Shown here: positions 21,061 through 34,085 of the stretch, piece after piece
How the letters are laid out: the number at the start of each line of letters is the position of its first letter
Numbering within the stretch: the first letter of the stretch is position 1
From: the human T2T-CHM13v2.0 reference genome, Homo sapiens
Direction: 5' to 3' (one strand)
Length of the DNA: 64,000 nt
Assembly (NCBI RefSeq): GCF_009914755.1
Contig: NC_060929.1
Position numbers and translations under genes: made by a program
The notes under the pieces: model-generated
Told to the model about the DNA's origin: nothing
The model's database searches: none
Seen by the model: only the letters and a program-made list of their open reading frames with translations

Positions 21061-23485
21061 TTCACTGTTGTTATTGGACATTTATTGAGTGTGGTGATTC
21101 TATAGAGATCCACTCTAATAACCAAACATTCACTGAGTCTAGTTACCAGGCTTGTGAAGAATGACTGAAGAAGTACCAGAGGCCCGTACTTCTATTAACC
21201 CTTTTAGATGGGTTCCAGAGGATAGAACTAACTAAAATATTTTTAACTCCTTTGGCTGTCTGACTTTGCTGAGTTCAAGAAGACTCAAGATTCCACAGTC
21301 TAAGCAAACAAACCAATTAGATGTTAAACTCCCAGAGGCTAGAACTAAGCTGTCAAAAGAAAGTGAGTATGGAGAGGTAATTGTCCAATAATTACAAGAG
21401 TCTAGGCAAAAATCTAAGAGAAATGTCTATTGGCATGTTGTAAAACTGTTTAAGAAGTTAGCAATTTGCTTGGTTTCGTTGCCACTATGCTAAAATTTGT
21501 GGTGTTTCATCAGAAGGTAATATTCCTTGAACTATGTATTACCATACTGTTAAAAACTCAGCTGCAAAGATTTGAAAACAAGCAACAGACTTAAAAACCA
21601 CGGTAAGTTCTTAATCTGTTGAGCCTTTGAAATTCAGGTGGAAAGAAGCAAGGTTTTTATATATTTTGTACTGCGACATATCAACCAGCTGATACTTTGC
21701 AAGCCTGATAACACTGAGCAATCAGAGGGTAATGTATCATTTTGCATTGCTGAGGTGTCCATGGTAATAGAAAATCAGTAATACTATCTGCCATAATTTG
21801 CCTCTCCTGGGATGGATACCTACCAAGAGTTTATAGTTTCTCTTAGTTCTGCTTTGCTTTTTGCAAAATGATAGGGCATATTCAACTATAGGTGTGCCCT
21901 AGAATGCAAGCTCATTGGGGGAAATAAAGACTAAACCTAGTAGCACTTATAATCACACTAGGTTAGCTATTATTTGTAATTCAAAATAACTTTAAAAGGT
22001 TAATGACTCACCACCCAATAGTTTGGAGTATATACAAGAGGATAAATCATAAAGTCGCTAGTAAATGTTGAAATGAATAGAGGAAGAAAAGATTTGAAGA
22101 TTTTTGAGGGTCAGTGTGGAGCACATAGAAAGGAAAAACCCATCTGATGGGTAAGAAAATGCATAAGGAGTAGTATAGATAAGTGTGTCAAGATAAAGCA
22201 AAATAATTTGATGAGTCTAATTGAAAACACTCAGTTTTAAAAATGTTTAGTTATGGTGACTTCTTTAATGCCATTTCCTTCCGGAATGATAAGGATTCCA
22301 TCTTTTTTCTTTTGAGCTCTAACTTTGATTATGCTAAAATTATACAAAGCAATAAAAATGAGAGTACTTCCATAATTATAAATATTTTAATTATTCCATT
22401 CCTTGAAGAATCCAAATGTGATACATAAAAGTCTTCTAATCTAAATCTTGATTTTTTTCTGAATGAACTATCATCATTCAGTGTTCACCCATGCGATTTC
22501 TAAAATGCACATCACGTACAAAGTATATTAACAATGGAAAAATAGTTTACCTCTTCTAACTGTATTAATTTGATATTGTGATATTAATTATCTGTTTTCA
22601 AAGACAAATCTTGATGGTCCATATGTGGGGGAAAAAAAAAACACACCGTAACTGTTCAAACTACATTTGTTTTCACCAAATTGGTGTTCTTCTAGAAAGG
22701 AAAAAAAAAATTTCTTCAAAATTAATGATACAAAAAATAATTATTAAACTTGAGAGTTAATGAGAATCATTTTCTTTCTCATCACCCACTATCTCAGGGT
22801 GGCAGTCCAAATTATTCACTATTGCTTAGCAAGAATACATATACAGCGTATCATGGAAAGTTGTAGAATTAAATAAAGGTCTAGGTTTTACAAGGCATAA
22901 TACAATTAAATGTCTCAGAAAGATACATGCCTAGATAAATTCATAACAGTCAGGCTTTCTAAAGGACTCCCCAGACCTCTTGGCATTGAACTGATTAGCT
23001 CTATAGTAAGCCACTCATAAGCCAGATGGGTAGCTAGAAGACAGAGGCAGCGAACAAGAACTTTTGGGGCACCTTTTGCTAAGCCTAAGAGCATCCTAAC
23101 TGTTCCTAGAGTCCTTATCTTGAATGTATCAAGACTTCTGACTTGAAGCTGTTGATCCATAGCACATATTCTTATTAAAACATAAATGGACATGAAGTAG
23201 GGGAAAGGCAGGAAGGCTTTGGAATCATTAGCAAAATTGAACTCTGCTGTTAGTAAAATATTCACGTATTTGAACAACCAATCAGGACTGACGACCAAGT
23301 ATGAAGCAGATGAGAAAATGACTTTTTCTGCTTCTTGTCACTAAATTGAGATTTAAAGACATTTGGCTTTCTAAACTCTTCTACTATAGCTACCACTTAA
23401 TGGTTATCATCTATGTGCCAGGCCCCTGGCTAGGTGATAATTTTACATTGTTTCTCATTCTCATCTGCAAACGTGTAAGATAGGT

Positions 23486-23863
23486 TGCTATAGTTTGAAT
23501 GTGTCCCACAAAAGTTCATATGTTAGAAACTTAATTGCCATTGTAACAGTGTTGAGAGGCAGGACCTTTAGGGGGCGATTAGGTCATGAAGACTCCACCA
23601 TCATGAATGGATGAATGGTGTTATTGCAAGAGAGGATTGGTAATAGCGAGAGTGAGCTCCTGATAAAAAGAATGAATGCTGCCCAATTTCCTCTCTCTGT
23701 CTCACCATGTGATATCTTCTGATACGGGATGACCATCACCAGATAACACCTCCGTACTCTTGGATTTACAAACCTCTAGAACTGTGAGCCAAATGAATTT
23801 CCTGTCTTTATAAATTACCCGTCTGTGGTGCTCTGTTCTAGCAGCAGAAAACATACTAAGACA
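23486..23863 (+). mobile_element. Solo MaLR LTR (MST/MLT1A-like) inserted into a MIR
   Basis: TG...CA termini (TGCTATAGTTTGAATGTGTCCC...CTAAGACA) and perfect 5-bp TSD TAGGT at 23481-23485 and 23864-23868. MIR-like sequence on both sides. Confidence 0.85.
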
Positions 23864-24030
23864 TAGGTGTATTCCATTTTGCAGAAGAGGAAAATAATCT
23901 CTAGTCAAGAGAACATGCCCAAGTCCTCACAGAATTTGTGGATACAAGCAGCAATTATTTAAGTTAATTGAATCAGTAATTTGCATAACAACACTTAATT
24001 TAGATGTGCTTATTCAAAAAGCAGTTTTTA

Positions 24031-25504
24031 TTTATTTATTTTAATAAAAAATTATATATAGTTGGTTAGGCACAATGGCTCATGCCTGTAATCCCAGCAC
24101 TTTGGGAGGCCAAAGCAGGCAGATTACTTAAGGCCAGGAGTTTGAGACCAGCCTGGTCAACATGGTGAAATCCCATCTCTACGAAAATACAAAAATTAGC
24201 CAGGCATAGTGACTCATGCCTGTAATGCCAGCTACATGAGTGGAGAATCGCTTGAACCCAGGAGGTGGAGGCTGCCGTGAGCCGAGATCTTGCCACTGCA
24301 TTCCAGCCTGGGCGACAAAGTGAGACTCCATCTCAAAAAATAAATAAATAAATAAATAAACCTTACTTACTTAGGAGCATTCAGAATGTCAACAAAAGAA
24401 CTGCAAGAACTGCAACTTTTTTTTTTTTTTTTTTTTTTTTGCAATTACAGGGTAGTATTCTGTTAACAGAACAACAATTATTTCCTAATATAAGCTGCAT
24501 CAGAGACAACTGAAGATGACAACACTACTATCCCCATATAAAACTAATTTGTGCTGTGCACCAAGAAGAACATGCTTTAAATTTCCACACCAATTTACAA
24601 CCCCCACACTGTACCAGGCAAAGTTAATGGCTATTAGACAGGTCTATCTAAAGACACATTCAACAGTGCGCTGACTATACACAAAATGAATAGTTTAAAA
24701 ACAAATCTTAGTCTTAGATTTCAGTTTTTTTTCCTTAAAAGGAGGGAGTTGTATACAGGGGGGTTAAATGTTTTATAGACAAAGGAGAAAAACTGTTAGA
24801 ACCATCTTATTCATCATCATCTTCTTTTTTATTTTCATTTTCCTCCTCTTCCTTCTTTTTCTGGCTTTTTTCAGCCTTAATAACTCCCGTTTTTGTTGCA
24901 TCAGGCTTTCCTTTAGATTAGTATACAGCAATATCCTCTTTGTAATTTTCCTTCAGCTTTGCAGCCTTCTTTTCATAAAGCTTCTTGTCATCTGCAGCAG
25001 TGTTATTCCACCTCTGCCAGTTTCTTTGCAACATCACCTACACATAGGCCAGGATGTTCTTTGATTTGGGGGTGACAATCATAAGAGAACAATAAGGCCA
25101 AAGGAGGCCTATTGGGTGCACTGGGATCCTTGATTTCTTTTTTGTTTCCCCTGCAGGAGGGATATTTGTTTTCATTTCTCTTTCATAAACTGACCTTGTC
25201 TGCCTTTGCCCTATCTTCAGATTTCCCTTTCTGTTTTGAACCCATGGTCTTTCACCTCTCTAAGCATTTCTTAGAAAATTCTGAGAAGTTGACGGAAACA
25301 TCTGAGTGCTGCTTCTTGTGCTGTTCTTGGCAAGATTTCATGAAGAATGCATATGATGACATTTTGCCTCTTGGCTTCTAAGGCTCTCCTTTGACCATGT
25401 TTAGTTATTTTTTCTCAGTGAAGAAGAGTTGTCCAGGGACTGTCCAGCTCTCACTTGTCCTGGCACTTAACTCTGTAGAGCTCAGTGTATAGCAATGGCT
25501 GTCT
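24031..25504 (-). pseudogene. Processed HMGB1 pseudogene (5' UTR, disrupted CDS at 25398 to 24807, 3' UTR), interrupted by an Alu
   Basis: Minus strand reads AAAATAACTAAACATGGTCAAAGGAGAGCCTTAGAAGCCAAGAGGCAAAATGTCATCATATGCATTC ([17 protein letters not shown]) and ends GATGATGATGAATAA. Intronless, with a stop at codon 7, frameshifts, a shortened acidic tail and HMGB1-type UTRs. Degenerate TSD at 24015-24030 and 25505-25520. Confidence 0.93.
24064..24360 (+). mobile_element. Alu with (TAAA)n tail and a short deletion in the right arm, inside the HMGB1 retrocopy 3' UTR
   Basis: Standard two-arm Alu sequence. The usual ggaggctgaggca segment is missing near 24240. Confidence 0.95.
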
Positions 25505-26189
25505 CACAAAGCAATTTTTACTGTTGACATGCAATAAGGCAAACCCTAAAAAGTGTTGAGTGTTGCTTTTGAGATCTTTAATCATTTTTTTCCTGGAAAA
25601 GGAAACCCTCCAGGTCTTTAAAAATGTGACTGTTCCAGTTACAACAGTTCTGATGCTTATTATCGCACTCTAAGTCTGGCTAGATGGATCACTTTCAAGT
25701 TTCTGGAATGTACCATGGTCGTTTTTTTGTTTTTTTTTTTGGTTTTGTTTGCTTTTTTGTCTTCTTTTTATTTTTTTTCCCTTTCACCCTCTACAGGGAT
25801 TTTTTTCCTACCATGCAGCATTCATCTGCCTTTCCTATCTCTTCCTTTAATTTCTCAGTTCAGTTGCCAGTTTTTCAAGAAGCAGAGGTCTTGGGCTCTT
25901 GTAACAGACTGCATTTGGCAGTTTGCATATTTGTATTCCTGACATGTCTGTAGGTTCTCAAAGTGTTTTTTTTTTTTTTCAGCTTTGTATCTCACAATCT
26001 TTGTACCATTACAATGCATGGAAGATACTGAAATATTTATTTACTGGATATGAACTAAAGTATGAGTGAATATCAGACCTTCCAATGGCAGATGAAATCT
26101 GTACTGCTTTATTAAAGGCTATGGTCAAGGGAAGAAACAGAAAAGAGGGCTACTTCAAAATGATGACTGGGACTTAAAGATTCTGAACA

Positions 26190-26237
26190 GCAGAGAGACG
26201 AGGGAGAGAGACAGAGACAGACAAAAGAGAGAGAAAG

Positions 26238-26269
<32 letters not shown>

Positions 26270-26276
26270 AAGAGAG
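26190..26276. repeat. Imperfect (AG)n purine tract followed by a MIR fragment (to about 26460)
   Basis: Seen directly. MIR core tgaccttgggcatgttacttagtttctctgaacc follows. Confidence 0.8.
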
Positions 26277-29200
26277 GCTGTAACAAAGGTTAAGAGCATG
26301 GAGTCAGGCAGTCTGGGATATGAATACTTGCTGTTTGACCTTGGGCATGTTACTTAGTTTCTCTGAACCATAGTTTCCACATGCAGGAGAAATGCTTGCA
26401 GGATAAATCTGATGTGTACCTACTAGGCAATAAACCCTATATGTGGGATTGTTATTATTGTTATTAAGAAGGGTATGAGAAAAGCTTTATTCTCTTGAAT
26501 GAATTTACTTGGTGTTCTTTGCATCTTTCTTTTTTCTCTCTGTTCAGATGGATGCTAAATCTTTATGTTTTTCCCTAAAGATGAAGTGGGAAATACTTTG
26601 TGTTTTTACATTTGATTTCTTTCTTTTTTCACTGTTTCTGTTTCCTTCATGAGAATGCTTGTATACATATATTAATACTTTTGTGGTTTCCTTTAACTGA
26701 GGAGAATATGCAACATGAAAGGGATTTTAGCAAATAATTAAAGGATAGTTTACAAAAATCATAGCACCTTACCACAACCCATTTCTTTTATGTGTATTAC
26801 TTGCCACGGGCACAGATTCCTACATAGTTATGATTATTATATGTATTTATAGTGTTTTGCTCTTTTTGCTTAATATCCCAGAATAAATATTGTCCATGTG
26901 CACCTCTACAATGAAAACCATCTTGGGAAAATGGCTTTGTTGCATCAGTTGTCCCTTAAGTGTTTCTCATTGGTTCCCACTGTACAGTCTAAACACAATA
27001 TTTCATCTAACATTATGCATGTTTCATTATTTCATCACATTTCTTGTGGGATAGATCCCTAACCTTTTAATTATGGTGAAATATTCAAAAGGTTAGTCAA
27101 ACAACCTTCAAAGGAGCTTCTGGTACAATGTAGTAGCAGAGGCTTATTGTCCCTGGCTTAAAACTGATTATGTGAAAGAATAGTGTGCACCTCTAGAAAG
27201 GCTAGCAATTCTGCCATCAGATAAATGATTGCAGCCTTCAGTGGGCTGGCTCTCCCTTTATTTTCGCCACTGGTTGTGGAGCTGGGAAACAGATGCCTGT
27301 ATGGAGAATGAGGGCCCAGACTTTTTTTTTTTTTTTTTTTTTTAAGTGAAATGTCAAACTATGTGACTATGCCCGGCGGAAGACGACCCCCTGCGAGATG
27401 TGATAAGCCCCAGGCCTGCTCCACACACTACACTGAAAATGCCGTGGGAGGGCTTCCCAGGCTGATGGAACTAATGACAGTAATAGCTCCGGGTAATTTG
27501 TCTTTTTTCTTACTGTGCACATTCTCTACATGTGGTGCACTTTACACCTACCACCAGGCACACATCTGGAATGCTATGACCCTCTCAGGCCTGATTCAGA
27601 TAGGTTGAATTCTCCTGTAAAGTAAATCTGACCTCTAATTTTCTTAATAATTCAGGATTATGCTAATGTTACTCAGCAACCATTATAGAATGGTGCAGGA
27701 ATACCTAAGAAAGCTTAAGCCCTTGTACTGGAAGCATGACAAAGGTTTCTTTGCCTATTTGGCTATAATGTTTCCCCTCTGTCATTCTAGTAGAGAAAAT
27801 ATAAATTTTGAAAAGTGTATTATTTACATTATTTATTCATTGTTTCAAGTCGTAGGACATCCTCTACTTAAGAAGAAATTTTGTTTCCTTTCTTTGGTGT
27901 ACAGATTTTCTACTAAGAATTTATAAGACTACTAATGAAAGGTTTGGGTTCTTAATTCTAACTGTAAAAAATACTTAGATAGTAAAAGAGACTGACAAAA
28001 TAATTTCAAGGATGGATAAAACAGACTTCACAGCAGCTTAATCTCATCAATGCAGAGTGCTCTTAGGAAGATTTTAACAATAAAAATCCTATTTTAGTGC
28101 TGGCTCCATAGCAAGATTGTACATTTAATATTGTATTTATATCCTGTATTTTCTGTATTTATGTAAAAATAGCTATATTATTTAAAGTGTAAACATCTGA
28201 ACATATCTTTTAGAAAAACATAAATGATCTTAAGTTTTAAGAAATGTTCACACTACATTAAAAAGATAGGCTCTTCAATCCTCCCTCTCTGTGAATAAAA
28301 AGAGAATAAAAGTTCTCCATAAATTAGTATGTGCAAGATTCCCCCAGAGAGCAAAATATTTTCAGCCATTGTGGAGGTATGAGAACCACATGTTTGCCTG
28401 GAAAAAAAAAGTATGCTCTTTACTATGGATTTCTGAATCATTCTGTCAAAATATTTGTAGTTATTTCTAAGTTATAAATAGACAATTAATTTTATTACTT
28501 TTTTCCTTTAATTCATATCACTAGGAAGGTACTAGTGAAGAATTTTTTCCCCCTGCAGACTAAATATTATACACAGAAATATAACAAATGAAAAATTGTT
28601 TATATGGGTCAATAATTTATGTTTCTCACAAACAATGTAGATATTGTAAACTTCTTTCTACAAGTAATATCTATGTAATTGACCAATAACAAGGTAATAG
28701 TTTATCAAGAATGCTAGTCTCTCTCTCCGCACCTCTGACCACCAACTCAGTTACTCAAACTCCACCCCAGTTTGAAGGCAGAAAAGTGTGCATATCTAAG
28801 TATTGGGTTCTCCTAGAATTTAATCATGGACTCAGACCACTCCAGAAAACTCCATGTGTACCTGCTGGATGGATGGTACAGATGGACTGTAGAAGAGATC
28901 TTTTTCCCCGCTAACTTAGATATCCTAAGAGGTATGTCCCTACCCAGACACACTTATGGAAAAATCAATCCAATTAGAGGGAGAAATGAGGGAGGAATGG
29001 CATGCCGAGTGTCCCACTGCCCTCTCAGTTCCATTCCTTCTTGTCAGGCATGAGCCTTTTGGAAGGATTGCTCTAGGAAAGTAAGTAATGACCACCATTA
29101 TCCCTGGGTGAAGCAAAGCAGGCTGCAGAAGGACTGCTAGACAGGCTAATTGTGACAGGTATACTGTATTGACCCTTCCTGGGCCATGTTCCTTTGGGCA

Positions 29201-30917
29201 TGATTTGTGCACAGAGTGGATCATTTGGCCTATATGACAGATTGTGTGAAGTACAGTTACTGACTGCTGCTTAGCTCATGGGTTTGGAATTAGATGAAAG
29301 TTTGAAACGTTTTGAATATAACACTCTCTTTTATACCTAATGCTTTACAATATTTGATACAAAATCTCCCCAAAGAACAACAACAAATTAGATGATAACT
29401 GTGTGACTTCAGCAGAATCTGCACAGGCTGAAAAATCAGTCAGTGCATTTCACTGAATTATATGATAATCCAGTAACAAGAAATCTGCAAGGACACATGG
29501 CTCATGATAACGCCAAAGTTGATGACACCGGCTGTTATTACCAATACCTCCAGTTTGTTAAGCTAGGGACCTCACATGCATCATCTTACACAGCTCCTTA
29601 CAACAGCTCCAAGTAGCCCACATTGTTATAGAGAAGGGAGCTGAACATCAGAGAGGTGCATACAGGGACAAGAATAAGATATGAACCGAGATTTGTCTGA
29701 CAGCCAAGCCCTCAGCTCATCCTGTCCCTCATCCTCTAGTCCACACTCCGTCCTTCTCCCTGCCCACTTCCCCAGCTCTTGGTGGTTTTATTCTCGATAG
29801 ACAGCAGAGTGCCAAGAAAGCAAGAGTCTGTAGAAACAATCAGGTATACAGGGCCTTGATCCTGGTTCTGTCAGTTCAATGACTGTGCAGTTACCCAACC
29901 CCTCCAGATCTCCCTGTTGTCATCCATAAACCACAAACAAGCCCAACTCATAAGAATGTTGTTGAGAAGACTAAGTGAGAGAATGATGTAAACTGCTGAG
30001 CATAGCACCTGGTGTACAGTCAGCACTCAGTGAGGGCTATCCACTAATTTATAATGATAAACCTCTCTGTCAAAGTTTAAAGTTTTTTTTTTTTCCTTTA
30101 GGAATCTGAAGTAGAGGTGTTTATAAAAATATATCACTTTTCTTTAGAAGCCTTATAAAATTGAAATACGCTTATACATAAAGGTATATTTATTTACATT
30201 TTTATAAAACATAACCTCTTAGGATGCTCAACACTTTTTGAACACAGTTTTTATAAGTAAAATAGTACTTTGGAATATTTTTCTTTAAACCAATTTCTTT
30301 CATTTGGAAAAATGGTAAGTGTGACATTTTGATTTAGAAAGTATTTAAGGTTTTATAGCTGATTTAGCTGATTCTTGAGAAATGTTGATAGTCATTTATC
30401 TTGTGTGGTCTTCCTCTCACTACCGTCTTTCCCTGAGAGGGACTTCCTTGCATATTTAGGATAGTATGGGGTTGTTAACTAGCCCTTAAGAGAAGAGCAC
30501 GTAATGGGCAAGCACTGTGTTCTGGATCCTATCCACTGCTATATTTTCATTGAGTCATAGATTCAGCATATGTCTTAACAATGCCTAAATTACAGAAATA
30601 TGAAAAAAAGGCCTGTTGACCTAAAGCAGCTTCTTGCTGAGTAAAGGAGCTGAAGCATTATATATAAACAGATATAAACCTATGCACAGGGGAAAAAACT
30701 GAGTTCACAGGAGGAAGGAATCACTTCCCTGAAGGGAATAGGCTTCATGGATGGGTGATTTGTGAACTTGGTTATAGAGCAGGCATGATTTAGATAAAGA
30801 TAAGGGGAAGACATTTCAGGTGGAGAAGGAAGGAATAAAATGAACAAAGGCACGGGAGTGATAGGGCCAGGGCTGTGTGCAGGAGACAATGGGAGTCCTG
30901 CTCCATTGAGCACAGGG

Positions 30918-31390
30918 GTGTTTTTCATCTTGAGTTTATAACAGAATCACCCACAGAGATTATTCAATGTATGCATTCCCAGGATTCACCCCAACCTTCC
31001 AAGAGTCTGTTTAGTCACTCTGGGGTGAGGCCCAGGAATCAGCGTGTTTAACATGGACCCCAGTTAATTTTGATAGAACCACTGAGAAGTACAAACATTG
31101 CTGAGTCACAGGAAGAAATGGAATGGCTGGAGGGTAGGCAAATGGTTCTAGGCCCAAACAGGGCAGTAGGGTCACACACAGAGCCTGCTTGCTCTTTTTC
31201 TCCTTCCCTCCCTTCTTTCCTCTCCCTTCCTTCTTTCCTTCCTTCCTTCCTTCCTTCCTTCCTTCCTTCCTTCCTTCCTTCCTTCTTTCTTTCTTCCTTC
31301 CTTCTTTCCATCCTTTCTTTCAGTACCTGAGTCCCAGACCAATTAAGTTAGAATCTCTGGAGGTGGGGCCTTTGTATCAATACACGTTTT
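30918..31390. mobile_element. MER5-like hAT fragments with a (TTCC)n microsatellite at 31200-31320
   Basis: cagaatcacc...tctggggtgaggcccaggaatc...tagaaccactg. TTCC repeat seen directly. Confidence 0.6.
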
Positions 31391-33239
31391 TTAAACTTTT
31401 TGTTATGAAAAATTTTAAATATATACAAAAGTAGGCAGAACAGTATAGTGAATGCTCATGCACCCATCACCTAACTTCAATAATTGCACACTCACAGACA
31501 GTCTTGTTTCATTTGTACCGCTACAGCTCCCCCTACCTTCTATATTATTTTGAAGCCAATCTCTGAGATTATAATACTCCATCCATAACATTTCAATATG
31601 TATCTCTAAGTACAGACTTTAAAGTGCCACAATACCATTACTACACATTAAAAAACAATAATTTTTAAATATCGTCAACTGCCCAGTGTTCTAATTATTT
31701 TACTCTTTCATAAATATGGGTTTGTGTATGCTTGTATCAAAACTCTCATGTACACCATAAATATGAACACCCACAATGTACCCACAAATTTTTAAACATT
31801 AATTTAAAAATTTATACAATACTTTTGATTCATATTTATCACTATGGGGTTTTATTTTGGTATCTCCTTTTTTCCAGGTTTCCCCAGAATCCCAGCTCTC
31901 AGTGACTCTAGGAATATTAGAATGAGATTATATAATGAACCATTTGCTTTGTCCTACAATGCACAAATGGAAGTTTTAGATTAACAATATTAATAATATA
32001 TTTTCTAATTATCTTACCACTGGAAAGTATTTGTAAAAAATTCTTTTTGTTCTAGTGCTTATGTCACTAGAGGAAGACAGCCAATTTGCTCTGTTTTAAA
32101 GTTACTTTGAATCATTTCTCTGTTTGATTACACCAACTGATTATATGTCAAGGCTCATCTATTTTATTTTATTTTCATTTTTAGAGATGAATTTATAAAC
32201 TCAATTTTGTTTTATAATAATATATAGAATATTTACATATATAATAACATATAGAATATTTAAATTTTGCAAATTTAAATTTGCAAAACAAATTATTGTC
32301 AAAGTAATCAAGCCTGTTCCTCCCATCTGCTTCCTCTCTCTATAGATCATCATTTAAACAATGTATGGTTTATCATTTCATTGTTTGTTTTCAGTAAATA
32401 ATTATAAAACTCTCCCTGCTTCTTGTAAGAATCTCTCCCTTCTTACAAGAAGTCAGATTGGAGATTCCTTACTGCAGAAAATGATGAGCTAGAATATTTG
32501 TCTTATGGAGCTGGACTTTTTACACCATTTATATTTTCTACATCTAGATTAGTGGCTGGTACCTTTCAGGTGATCAGTAAATATTGAATGAGTGGATGAA
32601 TTCTTATTTAAAGTTTGCAATCAGAAGAGTGAGAGGACCAAAATTCTATTTTTTTTTGACAAGTTAATCTGATAGCAGTGGTTAAGGGGGTTAGAAATAC
32701 TGAAAAGTGGATGATCAGTTTGGAGACTTATTTAGTTAACTGGATGGCAGTAATTTTGAATAAGGAAACAAAAAGCTGAAGTGTGTGTGTGTGTGTGTGT
32801 GTGTGTTTTGTGTGCTTTTGCTGTGAAACAAAACACTCCACAACTTAATGCTTAAAACAACAACCATTCACTTCACAGTTTTGTGGATTGGCACATTTCT
32901 TTGTCTAGGATGGCTCCATAGGTGTCTGTGGGGTTCACTCAGGTGTCCTTGGTCAGGTGGCAAGTGCTGGCCTCACATCACGGGCAGTTGGCAGGGTGGT
33001 GCCTGGGGGCTGTCTGATGGTTGTCTGTGTAATCTCAGTTCTCTCCCTTGAGGTCTTTTATCTTTCATCTTCCAGCGGATAGCTTTGATTTTTTTCCATT
33101 GGTGGTGGTCTCAGGACACCAGGTATAGCAAAAGGCCGGTAAGGTGCAGGTGTTTTTCAGACCTCTGATTGTGTTCTGTTTGCTGATTGGCCCAAGGACC
33201 ACCACAGTGACAACATTGATGTAAAAGGTAGAGAGAAAT

Positions 33240-34085
33240 CACCACAGTTAAAATGGCTTGTCTCCAAAAGACAGGCAGTAACAAATGTTGGCAAGGATAT
33301 GGAGAAAGGGGAACTCTTGTTTACTGTTGGTGGGAATGTAATTAGTACAACCACTATACAGAACAGTTTGGTGGTTCATCAAAAGACTAAAAATTGAGAT
33401 ACCTTATGATCCATCAATCCCACCACTGGGTATATGCCCACAAGAAAGGAAATCAGTATATCAAAGATCTGCATTCCTGTGTTTGTTGCAGCACTGTTTA
33501 CAATAGTTAAGATTTGGAAGCAACCTAAGTGTCTATCAACAGTTGAATGGATAAAGAAAATGTGGTACTTACATACAATGGAGTACTACTCACTCATAAA
33601 TGAGAATGAGATCCAGTCATTTGCAACAACATGGATGGAACTGGAAATCATTATGCTAAGTGAAATAAGTCAGGCACAGAAAGAAAAACATTAGATGTTC
33701 TCACTTATTTGTGGGATCTAAAAATTAAAACAATTTAACTCATGAACATAGACAGAAGAAAGATGGTTACCAGAGGTTGGAAAAAGCAGTACGGGGCTGG
33801 AGGGTAGGTAGGGATGATTAATGGGTACAAAAAAAAAGTAGTTAGAAGAATGAATAAGACCCACTATTTGATAGCACAATAAGGTGACTGTAGTCAATAA
33901 TAACTTAATTGTACATTTAAAAATAACTTAAAGAGTGTAATTGGATTCTTTGTAACTCAAAGGGTAAATGCTTGAGGGGATGGATACCTCATTCTCCATG
34001 ATGTGCTGATTTCACATTGCATACTTGTATCAAAACATCTCATGTAAATACATACACCTACTATGTACTGACAAAAATTTAAAAA
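33240..34085 (+). mobile_element. 5'-truncated L1 (L1MA-type) 3' end, ORF2 C-terminus plus 3' UTR, inserted in an MLT1-like LTR
   Basis: ORF 33434-33694 (FVAALFTIVKIWKQPKCLSTVEWIKKMWYLHTMEYYS...WMELEIIMLSEISQAQKEK) is the L1 ORF2p C-terminus. L1MA-type 3' tail follows. Confidence 0.92.

Noticed and set aside
24417-24440. T run taken as the HMGB1 pseudogene poly(A) tail
   Set aside because: HMGB1-like 3' UTR continues past it, so it matches an internal A run. The real tail and TSD lie near 24015-24042.
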